From NCBI GenBank assembly GCA_018992685.1, contig JACVGT010000007.1:42378-106377 (forward strand): DNA of 64,000 nt. The letters run 5' to 3'. Numbering within the stretch: position 1 is the stretch's first letter; the number at the start of each line of letters is the position of its first letter. Below are positions 10,158 through 18,587 of this stretch, piece by piece. Under the pieces are notes generated by a model, which did not search any database, was not told the DNA's origin, and saw nothing but the letters and a program-made list of their open reading frames with translations. The stretch is from Theionarchaea archaeon (GTDB taxonomy: Archaea > Methanobacteriota_B > Thermococci > Methanofastidiosales > SZ-28-30). A program made the position numbers and the translations under genes.

Positions 10158-12002
10158 CTACTTCCTCATGGCTGTCTTTCTTTCATGATTTTCGGTTCTA
10201 GCCTCTGCCCCTGGCACTCTTTTGTCTGCTCTCAGCACTGAGATGATGTTCTCGAGAGACTGGTCATAGTACAATACGCCCCTTTCTCTGAGAATCTCCA
10301 GTATGTGCAAAAGCTCTTTCTCCTCCAGATGGGAAAAGTGTTGCTGTACCTGGGTGAATGACGTTATGCTGTCACAGAAAACTAGAAGGTCGGTCTCGTC
10401 TCTGCTAAAGGTACAGGAAAGAGACCTTGATCCTTTTTCCTTAAAGGCAGAACAATCGGGATATTCTGTCCACTGATAATCGCTTCCAGCCCGGGAATAA
10501 AACTGCAGAAGTCTTTGAAAGGTGTTCCACAAAAGGTAGTGGCGAATTCTCCCTGCAAAGAATCCAAAGAATTCAAATCGTTCCCCCTCTGGCAGCTGCA
10601 AGACAGATGCGATTTCTGCCCACATGGGGTCTTTGTTGTAGGCATCCCTTTCATGTTCTGACATCTCATTGTAATATGGTGATCCCTTGTACAGTGTGAA
10701 GTACTTGGGGACAATGGAATACTTCCTCAGGAAGAATCTCAGAAATCTCAAGTTCACACAACTCTCCAGGACGTCTTCCTCAGTTTCAGGTGGCGTCTCT
10801 GCTACAAAATTCCCTTTGATCTCGAGGTTGTGTTGATCCCCGAGCTTGAGAGCCTGTATATTGTGGGCAAAAGAGTGTCTCTTTTCCATTTTCTTCAAGA
10901 GAGCATCAGTCATTGCTTCAAATCCGATCTGCACGATTTCAAAACAAACCTTTTTCATGGCACGTGCTGTATCGGGGTTGATGAAGATTGGAGATGCTTC
11001 TGCAAAAAGGCGGTAGGGACGTCCTCTTCTTTCAGAACTTTCCACAATCAGGGCAAGCAGATGGTGGAATCGCTTCTTGTTACCGGGGAGTTCAGTATCT
11101 ACAAATACGAATGTGTCACCACCGTGTCTCTTGGACTGGAATTCCAGTTCTTCGACAATGTTCTCAGGAGATCGAGCCCGATATGAGAATTCCTCATTCA
11201 GAACGCAAAATTTGCACCTGTTCCAGGGGCAGGAGCGCGACCCCCAAATGGGGATGATGACCCGCATGTCTTCATGAATGTGGGTTTTCAGTGCCGCAAA
11301 ATAGTCTGTGTGGTCTGCAAATGGGTATGAATCCAGATCACAGCTTTCAGAATGCTTGTTTGTTGAGATGATGGCGGCACCATCCCGGTACACCAGATGA
11401 GGGATCTCGGTGAACGTTCCCTCTCGTATCCCCTGAATCAGATGAACCAAAGGGTATTCTCCCTCCCCCCATACAGCGTAGTCAGCCAGCTCAAATACCT
11501 TCATAAAGGCGTGAGCCTGTTCATCATTGCGAATCCCTCCAATGACGATCTGTATTTCGGGGTTTAATTCTTTCAGTCGCCTCATTACATAAGAGCTCAG
11601 AAGCCACTGGTAGGTCTTTAGAGTAAATCCCGCCAGAGGTTCTTTGTAGAGGCCATTTTGGTATATGTAGTCATCGATTTTTGTTCGAAGTGTGTCTACA
11701 AAGGGAGGTATTTTCCCCTGATCAAAAAAGGGTGAAAAATACTGGTCGAGAACAGTCGTCTCGTGATGGGCACCTGAGAGATGTCTCACTGTATACAGAA
11801 CGGGAGTATTAAGAGAGGACAAGGATGAAAACACAGGATAGTCCCCAATGTGATCCTGGAGTTCTGACAGCTCCTCAGCAAGTATTAGATTCCAGTAGAT
11901 ATTTGTCACAGAGATTCCCCTTGATTGCAGGAACCCTTTCAGATATCCCAAAGCAGGATTGGGAATATCGTAACTGTAGGGGGGCAAACAGTTTAGTATC
12001 AT
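10158..12002 (-). CDS. Cobalamin-binding-type radical SAM enzyme (RiPP-maturation/C-methyltransferase-like)
   Basis: PNPALGYLK N-terminus, IVIGG and VWGEGE B12-domain motifs, SRSCPWNRCKFC, QIGFEA; ATGA overlap with upstream gene. Confidence 0.85.
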   Translation of the reverse strand: MILNCLPPYSYDIPNPALGYLKGFLQSRGISVTNIYWNLILAEELSELQDHIGDYPVFSSLSSLNTPVLYTVRHLSGAHHETTVLDQYFSPFFDQGKIPPFVDTLRTKIDDYIYQNGLYKEPLAGFTLKTYQWLLSSYVMRRLKELNPEIQIVIGGIRNDEQAHAFMKVFELADYAVWGEGEYPLVHLIQGIREGTFTEIPHLVYRDGAAIISTNKHSESCDLDSYPFADHTDYFAALKTHIHEDMRVIIPIWGSRSCPWNRCKFCVLNEEFSYRARSPENIVEELEFQSKRHGGDTFVFVDTELPGNKKRFHHLLALIVESSERRGRPYRLFAEASPIFINPDTARAMKKVCFEIVQIGFEAMTDALLKKMEKRHSFAHNIQALKLGDQHNLEIKGNFVAETPPETEEDVLESCVNLRFLRFFLRKYSIVPKYFTLYKGSPYYNEMSEHERDAYNKDPMWAEIASVLQLPEGERFEFFGFFAGRIRHYLLWNTFQRLLQFYSRAGSDYQWTEYPDCSAFKEKGSRSLSCTFSRDETDLLVFCDSITSFTQVQQHFSHLEEKELLHILEILRERGVLYYDQSLENIISVLRADKRVPGAEARTENHERKTAMRK

Positions 12003-13327
12003 TCATGGGCCTCCTTTTGCTTACTGACATATGTTTTCACCTGTGGCAGCCCGAAAACCTGCCTGGTAAAATCCACGGTGAAACAGCCAGGAGCATCCAG
12101 TGTTCCTTTCTCTCTCAATGCAATGGCAGGGCATCCCCCCATACACCGGGGAAGCATGACGCAGGCTTTACACTCAGTAATGGCCAGGGGGTTGCGGGCC
12201 ATCCACGAGTAGTATGCAGGTGTTTTGTCCAGAGAACCACGAGAGTTCAGAGACCCCACAGCATGGCGGGTGTCTCCTACCAAAGACATGCACTTGTAGA
12301 CACGGCCATCCACATTGATGATGTGAAACCAATCAGTAATACCAGCACACAAGGAAAAGTACACACCAATTCCAAAAGGGAGTGTGGTGAATCCTTTGTG
12401 AGCAGCCATTTCCATGACTTCACTGAAGAGATCTGAAGTCCCCGGATATCCGTAAGAACTGTAGTAGTGGGTACAGTAATCCATGCGGGGAGTAACCGTC
12501 CCAAAGTAGGTATGGGCCTTCTCAAGGCCAGCTTCTCTCAACATTTCAAGAAAGGTAATGATATTGTCTTCCCATACGTTAATTCGCATAATCAGATTCA
12601 TGCCATGATCTTCAACACATTGGGCACCCTCTACCACTGATTGCAGGCTGCTTGTCTCATCAGGGAAAACCCTCCTGGTGTGGTGGTAGTACTCAGGTGC
12701 ATCAAAAGTGATATGAATATCTGCTACCGTGAACTGTGAGAGGTTGTCGAGTCCTTCAGGAGTAAGGAGAGTTCCATTGGTGAAGAGCTTGATGAGGAGA
12801 GAAATACCTGCTTCACTACATGCCTCTTGCAGGGTTTCAGTAAGAGAGGTTATGCACTCTTGATTCAAGAGTGGTTCTCCTCCGTAAAGACTCACAAAGA
12901 GCGTGTCAATGCCTCGTACGATCTGATTCTCAGCAAAGGTTACCCCTCTTTCTGCTACCTTCTTGCTCATATGCCCAGTGCAGGCAGAAGAATTCCTGTA
13001 GCAGTACCTACAGTTCAAGTTGCATTCGTGCGTGACAATGAAGTTCAAGAATGCAACTCTCCCAAGAGGAGAGCCCCGATATCCTGTAGAGGGGAGGCAC
13101 CACTTCTTCTGTTCCAAGGAAGCCTGTATCAAGTTCATCTCTTGACCGGTGTCCTCTATGAGAAGTCCCTGCTTTGATAGTGCTTCAATAATCTCAGGGG
13201 AGCCTTTTCCGGTCATGAGGACGTCATACATTTCAGAATCAATCACTGTGAGAGACCCGTTCAATGTATTGTATACAAGGAAATCCTCTCTAAATGGGAT
13301 AATAAAGCAGTACTGTGATCTCTGCAT
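11999..13327 (-). CDS. Radical SAM/SPASM peptide maturase 2
   Basis: N-terminal RRE-like segment (FLVYNTLNGSL), CNLNCRYC, YGGEPLL, SPASM cysteines C..YKC..CKACVMLPRCMGGC..C. Confidence 0.9.
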   Translation of the reverse strand: MQRSQYCFIIPFREDFLVYNTLNGSLTVIDSEMYDVLMTGKGSPEIIEALSKQGLLIEDTGQEMNLIQASLEQKKWCLPSTGYRGSPLGRVAFLNFIVTHECNLNCRYCYRNSSACTGHMSKKVAERGVTFAENQIVRGIDTLFVSLYGGEPLLNQECITSLTETLQEACSEAGISLLIKLFTNGTLLTPEGLDNLSQFTVADIHITFDAPEYYHHTRRVFPDETSSLQSVVEGAQCVEDHGMNLIMRINVWEDNIITFLEMLREAGLEKAHTYFGTVTPRMDYCTHYYSSYGYPGTSDLFSEVMEMAAHKGFTTLPFGIGVYFSLCAGITDWFHIINVDGRVYKCMSLVGDTRHAVGSLNSRGSLDKTPAYYSWMARNPLAITECKACVMLPRCMGGCPAIALREKGTLDAPGCFTVDFTRQVFGLPQVKTYVSKQKEAHE

Positions 13328-13332
13328 AATAA

Positions 13333-14676
13333 TCAAACCCAGATGATCTTTCCCGCCTTGAACCGGTCAGGAAGCTTCTTTTCGAGGTACCAACGAAGCT
13401 GATGTTTCATTTCCTGGTACGGTGCATAGCATCCAACTGCGTGGAATGTCCCATGCTTTTCATATGCAACAGCAGCACATCCTCCCCCACATGAGGGTAG
13501 CATCTGGCACTCACGACATTCCGGTATCTGCAGGGGGTCTCTGCTCATCCAGTCGTAGTAGGTCCATGTATACTCTGGTATGGTACCGTCTTCTGAAATA
13601 TGACCAATGGAATGGTTTTTCTGCCCCACGAAGGTGAGACACTTGTAAAGATCTGCATGAGGATCTATGATGAAGGTTCCTTCCCCTAGGAATCCACAAA
13701 AGACGTGAGCTGGCTTGTGGGTGCGAATGACAGCAGCCGCTTGACCTTTTTGATCCACAATATCTCTGAATTCAGCAAGTACCTCACGGGCTTCTTCCTC
13801 TTTAATGCACTTGGAGTAGTCCTTACATGCTTGAGTTGATGCCCCCACTGTACCACAGCGCACAGGGACATTCTTGAATCCCCTCTCCTGAAGCTCGTCC
13901 AGCAGCTCACCGATGAACGGTCTGCTTTCAGAATCCACGTTCACCCTAAAGCTCACTCCGACGTTTTGGTCCTGCAGAATGTGAGCTGATTGCATCATGT
14001 CATCAAAGGTACCTCCTCCACTCTTGTAGAATCGTTTGGTGTCGTGGATGCGTTTGGGACCATCCAGCGTGATCTGTACGTAGTCTGTGTGGTAGCGCTT
14101 CAACGTTTCAGCTATTTCAGGTGTGACCAGAGTACCATTTGTCACCATCATTGTCACGTATGAGATGCCGTGGTCTTCTGCCCAGGAAAAGCAGGAATCC
14201 ATAATGTACTCAGAATCGTCGAATCTGAGCAGTGGTTCACCACCATACAGCGACACAGAAAATTCCCGCGCGTGAGTGTCTTCCACGTATTTCTTTATGA
14301 ATTTCACAGTTCTTTCCCTGGTGTCAGCATTCATTGTCCCGCGGAATAGCTCTCCTTTTCCTTCATAGCAGTATGGACATGCTAGATTGCAGGCATATGT
14401 CGTTATGAGCATGAAATGGGGAAAATCCACCGTGTATTTCCTGTATTCATATCCTACCTTGAATTTTCGAGATTCATCAAAATCATCTTCTATGATTACC
14501 TTGAGCGCTGCAAGAGATTTGAACAAGTCAGAATCCAGAATGTCAATATTCCCGGCTTTCAAAGCTTCCTTCAGCTCTTCATCTATTCCTATTACTGCAC
14601 CACTCATCATGTTGGCCAACAGGTATTCTCCAGGAGTCTCTGTGGGGATAACTATGTTGAAGTTTGACACTTTCAT
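13333..14676 (-). CDS. Radical SAM/SPASM peptide maturase 1
   Basis: N-terminal RRE-like segment (MKVSNFNIV..YLLANMMSG), CNLACPYC, YGGEPLL, ITLDG, SPASM C..YKC..CRECQMLPSCGGGC..C; SD GAGGTGA before ATG 14676. Confidence 0.92.
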   Translation of the reverse strand: MKVSNFNIVIPTETPGEYLLANMMSGAVIGIDEELKEALKAGNIDILDSDLFKSLAALKVIIEDDFDESRKFKVGYEYRKYTVDFPHFMLITTYACNLACPYCYEGKGELFRGTMNADTRERTVKFIKKYVEDTHAREFSVSLYGGEPLLRFDDSEYIMDSCFSWAEDHGISYVTMMVTNGTLVTPEIAETLKRYHTDYVQITLDGPKRIHDTKRFYKSGGGTFDDMMQSAHILQDQNVGVSFRVNVDSESRPFIGELLDELQERGFKNVPVRCGTVGASTQACKDYSKCIKEEEAREVLAEFRDIVDQKGQAAAVIRTHKPAHVFCGFLGEGTFIIDPHADLYKCLTFVGQKNHSIGHISEDGTIPEYTWTYYDWMSRDPLQIPECRECQMLPSCGGGCAAVAYEKHGTFHAVGCYAPYQEMKHQLRWYLEKKLPDRFKAGKIIWV

Positions 14677-14689
14677 GAGGTTCACCTCA

Positions 14690-14720
14690 GGAAAAAAGAA
14701 AGGCAGGTTGAACTGCCTTT
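14690..14720 (-). terminator. Hairpin plus U-tract between precursor gene and maturases
   Basis: Minus strand AAAGGCAG-TTCAAC-CTGCCTTT followed by CTTTTTT. Confidence 0.7.
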
Positions 14721-14730
14721 TGTTATAGAC

Positions 14731-14838
14731 TTACACATAGGGGTGGCAAATTCTGCAGCACCAGGAACCAGTTCCTTCCGTGATGCACAGAGGCTCCATG
14801 ATTTGCTCTTCTGCTTCGATGAGGATAGTCATGTTCAT
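14731..14838 (-). CDS. Putative RiPP precursor peptide, 35 aa (MNMTILIEAEEQIMEPLCITEGTGSWCCRICHPYV)
   Basis: Translated by hand; acidic leader plus Cys-rich core; directly upstream of two rSAM/SPASM genes; own TATA box and downstream hairpin. Confidence 0.85.
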   Translation of the reverse strand: MNMTILIEAEEQIMEPLCITEGTGSWCCRICHPYV

Positions 14839-14857
14839 AGATTCCACTTCCTATTGC

Positions 14858-14872
14858 TATATAAAGTTTCTC
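14858..14872 (-). promoter_or_regulatory. BRE-TATA promoter of the precursor gene
   Basis: Minus strand GAGAAACTTTATATA, 20-26 nt from ATG 14838/14832. Confidence 0.65.
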
Positions 14873-15183
14873 TTTATCTTTATATACTTTTCTATTCATA
14901 TGAATTCTACTAATTTCGTCACTCTTATAGTAATCAAATAAGAGCAAATGCAGAAGCCAGTAGTCTTTAAAGACAATATCTCTTGATATTTTGGACTACT
15001 TTCGTCCATGTGAGGTTAAATGCAGAGATTCTCAACCGAAATGCCCCCTTTTCTCACTTTTGTAAAAAGTGATAATGTTCGGTAGAAGAGCTCTCCCTCA
15101 CAGATTTTGCAGAATCTGGTAATTGCACCTGCGATCATGAGCTGGCCCGAGAACAAAAAAGTAAAAAGTAAAAAGAAGAAGTA

Positions 15184-16224
15184 TTAATCCCAGGTGTATT
15201 CACCGGCCTCGTCAATACCAGTGGGAACCTTGATTTCGCCAGATGCGATCTGCTCCCTGTAGTCTTCAATGATGTCTCGTATGTCATTAGGCACGTGCTC
15301 GCAAGCACCAACACCATTCTCTTTTGCGCCAAAGCTCTGTATGCCGCCTGCAAAAGTCCCGTCGATTACCTGCCGTATGGTCTCGTATACAGCTACATCC
15401 ACACGCTTTATCATACTGCATAAGAAGGTCGTTACCGGTACTCCCTCAATGGTGTCGCACTGATCCGCATCTACGCCAATGACCAATCCACCACGTTCAA
15501 AAGCCGCCTGGATAGCTCCCAAGCCAGATCTTCCGGCAGCAGCGAACACGATGTCTGCCTCTCCGTCATACTGAGCAAGGGCAAGCTCCTTTCCTTTTGC
15601 AGGGTCTACCCAGTCGCCCACATACTTCCAGGTGACCTCAACATCTGGATTGACGTACTCGGCTCCAAACTTGTAGCCAGCCAGGAATTTTCGAATCAAG
15701 GGTATGTCCATTCCACCTACAAATCCAATCATATCAGTTTCAGTTTTCAGACCAGCAGCTGCTCCTACCAGGAAACTACCTTCGTTTTCCCTGAATACAA
15801 GAGAAGCCACATTAGGTTTGTCTACCACCATGTCCACGATCGCAAACTTCTGGTCGGGGTATTCATCTGCAACAACAGTGATGGCATCTGCCTGATCAAA
15901 TCCTATACCTATTATCAGTGCATATTCCCCGGACTTGGCGTACTGCCTGTGGAATCCTTCGTACTCAGCGATGGCTGTAGGTTCAACATAGTCAAATTCA
16001 ATGCCGAAATCATCTCTAGCCTTCTTGATACCTACGTAACAACTATCATTGAAGCTCTTGTCTCCTAGTCCACCAGTGGCAAAGACAACAGCAATTTTCA
16101 ATTCGGGGGGTGGGGGTGTAGAAGTTGGTGTCGGAGTTGTGGTTTCTTCCTCCTGTCCGATGCATCCCAATGTAAGGGAGCACAAAACTACCAGGGTGAA
16201 CAGCATCTTAATACTTTTGTTCAT
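15184..16224 (-). CDS. BMP-family nucleoside-binding lipoprotein of the ABC transporter
   Basis: Signal peptide with LGCIG lipobox-like motif, T/P linker, GGLGDKSFN, IGFVGG, IGVDADQ, SMIKRVD; SD GGAGGG before ATG 16224. Confidence 0.92.
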   Translation of the reverse strand: MNKSIKMLFTLVVLCSLTLGCIGQEEETTTPTPTSTPPPPELKIAVVFATGGLGDKSFNDSCYVGIKKARDDFGIEFDYVEPTAIAEYEGFHRQYAKSGEYALIIGIGFDQADAITVVADEYPDQKFAIVDMVVDKPNVASLVFRENEGSFLVGAAAGLKTETDMIGFVGGMDIPLIRKFLAGYKFGAEYVNPDVEVTWKYVGDWVDPAKGKELALAQYDGEADIVFAAAGRSGLGAIQAAFERGGLVIGVDADQCDTIEGVPVTTFLCSMIKRVDVAVYETIRQVIDGTFAGGIQSFGAKENGVGACEHVPNDIRDIIEDYREQIASGEIKVPTGIDEAGEYTWD

Positions 16225-16585
16225 ATGATTCCCTCCACGCTCACAGAGCTTGAGTAGATTTAAATACGTTTCGATGAAGCACCGAGGGTTCACTTTGATG
16301 TTAGAAGGAGCGTATGCGAGTCGTTGCTTTTCCGAAATGATGGTCCATTTGCAGGCCAATGAAGTCCTCCTCAAGAGCAACTGGGATTCGCTTTTTCTTT
16401 CTTACCCTCTTCCAGCTTTTCCTTCTTGTTTACAGGGTTCCGGTACAGTCCTTGTGTGAGAATCCCCTTTCTCATTCTTGAAGAAGTTCCTTCATTCTTG
16501 AGACCCCTCGCCCAGCCTCAAGGAAGCGTTGCTCTTCAGAACCAAAAAAGCTTTAGGGTCAAGGACTGAAAGGGAGGTGAAAGAT

Positions 16586-16717
16586 GTGAATCTGCCCGTT
16601 TCAGTAAAACCCTCAATTTCCCCGCTCTCTCGGTTCTGGGTTCAGAAGGAAGGAGTTTTCGTGACCAACGGCGCCCGTGATTTAAGGGACCCAGAAAGCT
16701 GTAGCTCCCACTGTTAA
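16586..16717 (+). CDS. Possible 43-aa peptide ending CSSHC
   Basis: Strong SD GGGAGGTGA 5 nt before GTG; no recognisable homology. Confidence 0.3.
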   Translation: MNLPVSVKPSISPLSRFWVQKEGVFVTNGARDLRDPESCSSHC

Positions 16718-17009
16718 AGTTGAAATAATTAGAACTCTTTGCTGAAGTCCCATCGGCATTCAAAATGTTCTCGTTCTCACTACCTGTTCTGGTGGGTAGG
16801 ACGCCCCGGCAGCCCTGTCCCAAAGCTTCTGCTCTCACGTACATTTTGATCTCCTGGTTCTTTCAACTTCCTTCCTCTGGAGACTGAGATGGAGGTTCAG
16901 TAGCGTGGATTCCTGCAGCCTGCATCTCAGTCCATGTGTACAATCCTGTCTGAAAAACGGGATACACCTACGGAAGATTTATATAGGGTTTATATTAATT
17001 TTCTGTTGC

Positions 17010-17903
17010 ATGGAAGCGCACCAGTTGGACATTGTCTATGCATACGTTCAGTATTGCAGCGACACGAAGGAAGTGAGGTACTCAAAATTCCATAAATGGT
17101 ATAAGCCTTATAACCGTAAACAATCTACCTTCAGACTTTTGAATAGGGCAGTTGAGGAAAAGATCATATTTCCACCACGCATTTTCTGCATACAGAAAGT
17201 TAAGGTCAACCTGGTAGAACACAAGGAAGTTCCCCTCGTTGATCAATTCGAGAAGATTAGCAGCCAAGAAGACACGTTCTATGCAGTCCTCTTGCTGGGG
17301 GCTCATTCACTTCTGTATTTTTCGGCAAGTGATACCGGGACCAACTTGACATATTCGAAATGCATCTTTCCGAGCTATCCCCCAAAGAAGGAGATACAGC
17401 ATATTGATCCGTGCCTTCATGAACCCAGAAAGCTACCTTGTATGGCCCCACCTGACTGGTCTTCTTTTGACTGGGAAGTGTTTCAGAAAAGGAGGGATCC
17501 CACTGAATCAAGTATCAAGATTGGAGGGGTGCTTGGAGTTTCCCACAGAAGAGTCCTGAATAGCTATAAAAGAATTCTAGGAGACTGTTCCGTGTGGATT
17601 CCTTTCTTTCCAAAGGGCTACGGGAATTACACACCCTACTTTGTTTCTTTTGAAACGGATTATGAGACTGGGGTTGTTGAGGAACTGAAAAAGATCGACA
17701 GATCCAGCTACGTTTACAGAATTGATGACACAATGCTTCTGAATCTGTTCTTTGAAAGGCGTCTTGAGATTGACAGCATGTTGCAGTTAGAAAAAAAGGG
17801 GATAATACACGATCTCCGTGTATCCTCCCCAATGTATAGTTTTGAACGATTTCAATCTCAACAAGGCATTCCAGAACCAGGGCCATCTCCAGACAAAGTG
17901 TAA
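17010..17903 (+). CDS. Lrp/AsnC-like winged-helix protein, probable regulator
   Basis: DWEVF..DPTESSIKIGGVLGVSHRRV HTH-like segment followed by a beta-rich RAM-like region; TATA AAGATTTATATAG about 25 nt before ATG 17010. Confidence 0.65.
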   Translation: MEAHQLDIVYAYVQYCSDTKEVRYSKFHKWYKPYNRKQSTFRLLNRAVEEKIIFPPRIFCIQKVKVNLVEHKEVPLVDQFEKISSQEDTFYAVLLLGAHSLLYFSASDTGTNLTYSKCIFPSYPPKKEIQHIDPCLHEPRKLPCMAPPDWSSFDWEVFQKRRDPTESSIKIGGVLGVSHRRVLNSYKRILGDCSVWIPFFPKGYGNYTPYFVSFETDYETGVVEELKKIDRSSYVYRIDDTMLLNLFFERRLEIDSMLQLEKKGIIHDLRVSSPMYSFERFQSQQGIPEPGPSPDKV

Positions 17904-18090
17904 GGAGCTTTGGTCTTGACAGGTTCAAATGGCCATCCCTTTAGTCCTTTCGTATCAATCACCTGAGAAAAATTTCATGAAATTAGAATATATGGTTTTC
18001 TGGGGGAACATGACATTCAAGAATATCTCTAAAGTACGGATTTGATGGATTTCAATCTCTGCATCGCATTTGAGAGCCAGGGCCATTTCC
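17841..18090. repeat. Imperfect 50-bp direct repeat (17841-17890 and 18041-18090)
   Basis: 40 of 50 positions identical by hand alignment, offset exactly 200 bp. Confidence 0.8.
17858..17962 (-). CDS. Gly-rich micropeptide convergent with the Lrp-like gene (..KGLKGWPFEPVKTKAPYTLSGDGPGSGMPC)
   Basis: Open frame from GTG 17962; SD-like AGGTGA sits 5 nt before ACG 17953; TATA-like GAAAACCATATAT upstream; homologous decayed copy 200 bp away. Confidence 0.45.
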   Translation of the reverse strand: MIDTKGLKGWPFEPVKTKAPYTLSGDGPGSGMPC

Positions 18091-18587
18091 CACCAAGGAG
18101 TGAAAACGTGTATTAAATGGGACTAGGTGCTCATCTCCTCAGTTCTTTTCTGCAATCTTCTTCCTTTTCTTGGGTTAGGCCGGTAATACTTGGCAATAAC
18201 CAGAGAATACCATGTACCTTCACGAGCGAACATATCGAGCATTCCCTCTACTACCAACAACGGGTGGAACAATTGCAAAGCTGTCTTGGCCCATGCTACG
18301 GAATAAGCCTTTTCATGTGTTTTTAGTTGATTTCGGATCAAGGGAAGCTATCGTGTTCAAGTGATGTAGTTGCAGTATCTTGCTGCTTTTGTCTATGAGT
18401 TCAATATTCAGGAAGAGCACATTCCCTCTCATCAATTAGGAGTTCTTGGCTGCCAAGGAATTTGTGGTATCTGTCGTGGTGGAGAGATGTAGAAAACCTT
18501 TTATACTGTTGTGTGCCAGTACAATATGTAGTGTAACGTAATGTAACACAACTCCTATCCCTCCCTCGTTTCAGGACTGGTGGAAAA

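Noticed and set aside
14723-14947. 74-aa ORF from the track upstream of the maturases
   Set aside because: Runs through the TATA box, has no start signals, and is a different-frame shadow of the 35-aa precursor
16372-16538. AAGAGCAAC/GTTGCTCTT inverted pair as MITE ends
   Set aside because: Only 9 bp, no target-site duplication and no second copy in the window
16536-16844. 102-aa minus-strand ORF
   Set aside because: A weak GGAG precedes it, but the composition looks non-coding and no motif is recognisable
17852-17862. Selenocysteine readthrough of TGT-TGA in the Gly-rich peptide
   Set aside because: The aligned codon in the second copy is AGA, and no SECIS-like element or Sec machinery is seen in the window
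18123-18341. 72-aa minus-strand ORF
   Set aside because: No start signals or recognisable motifs
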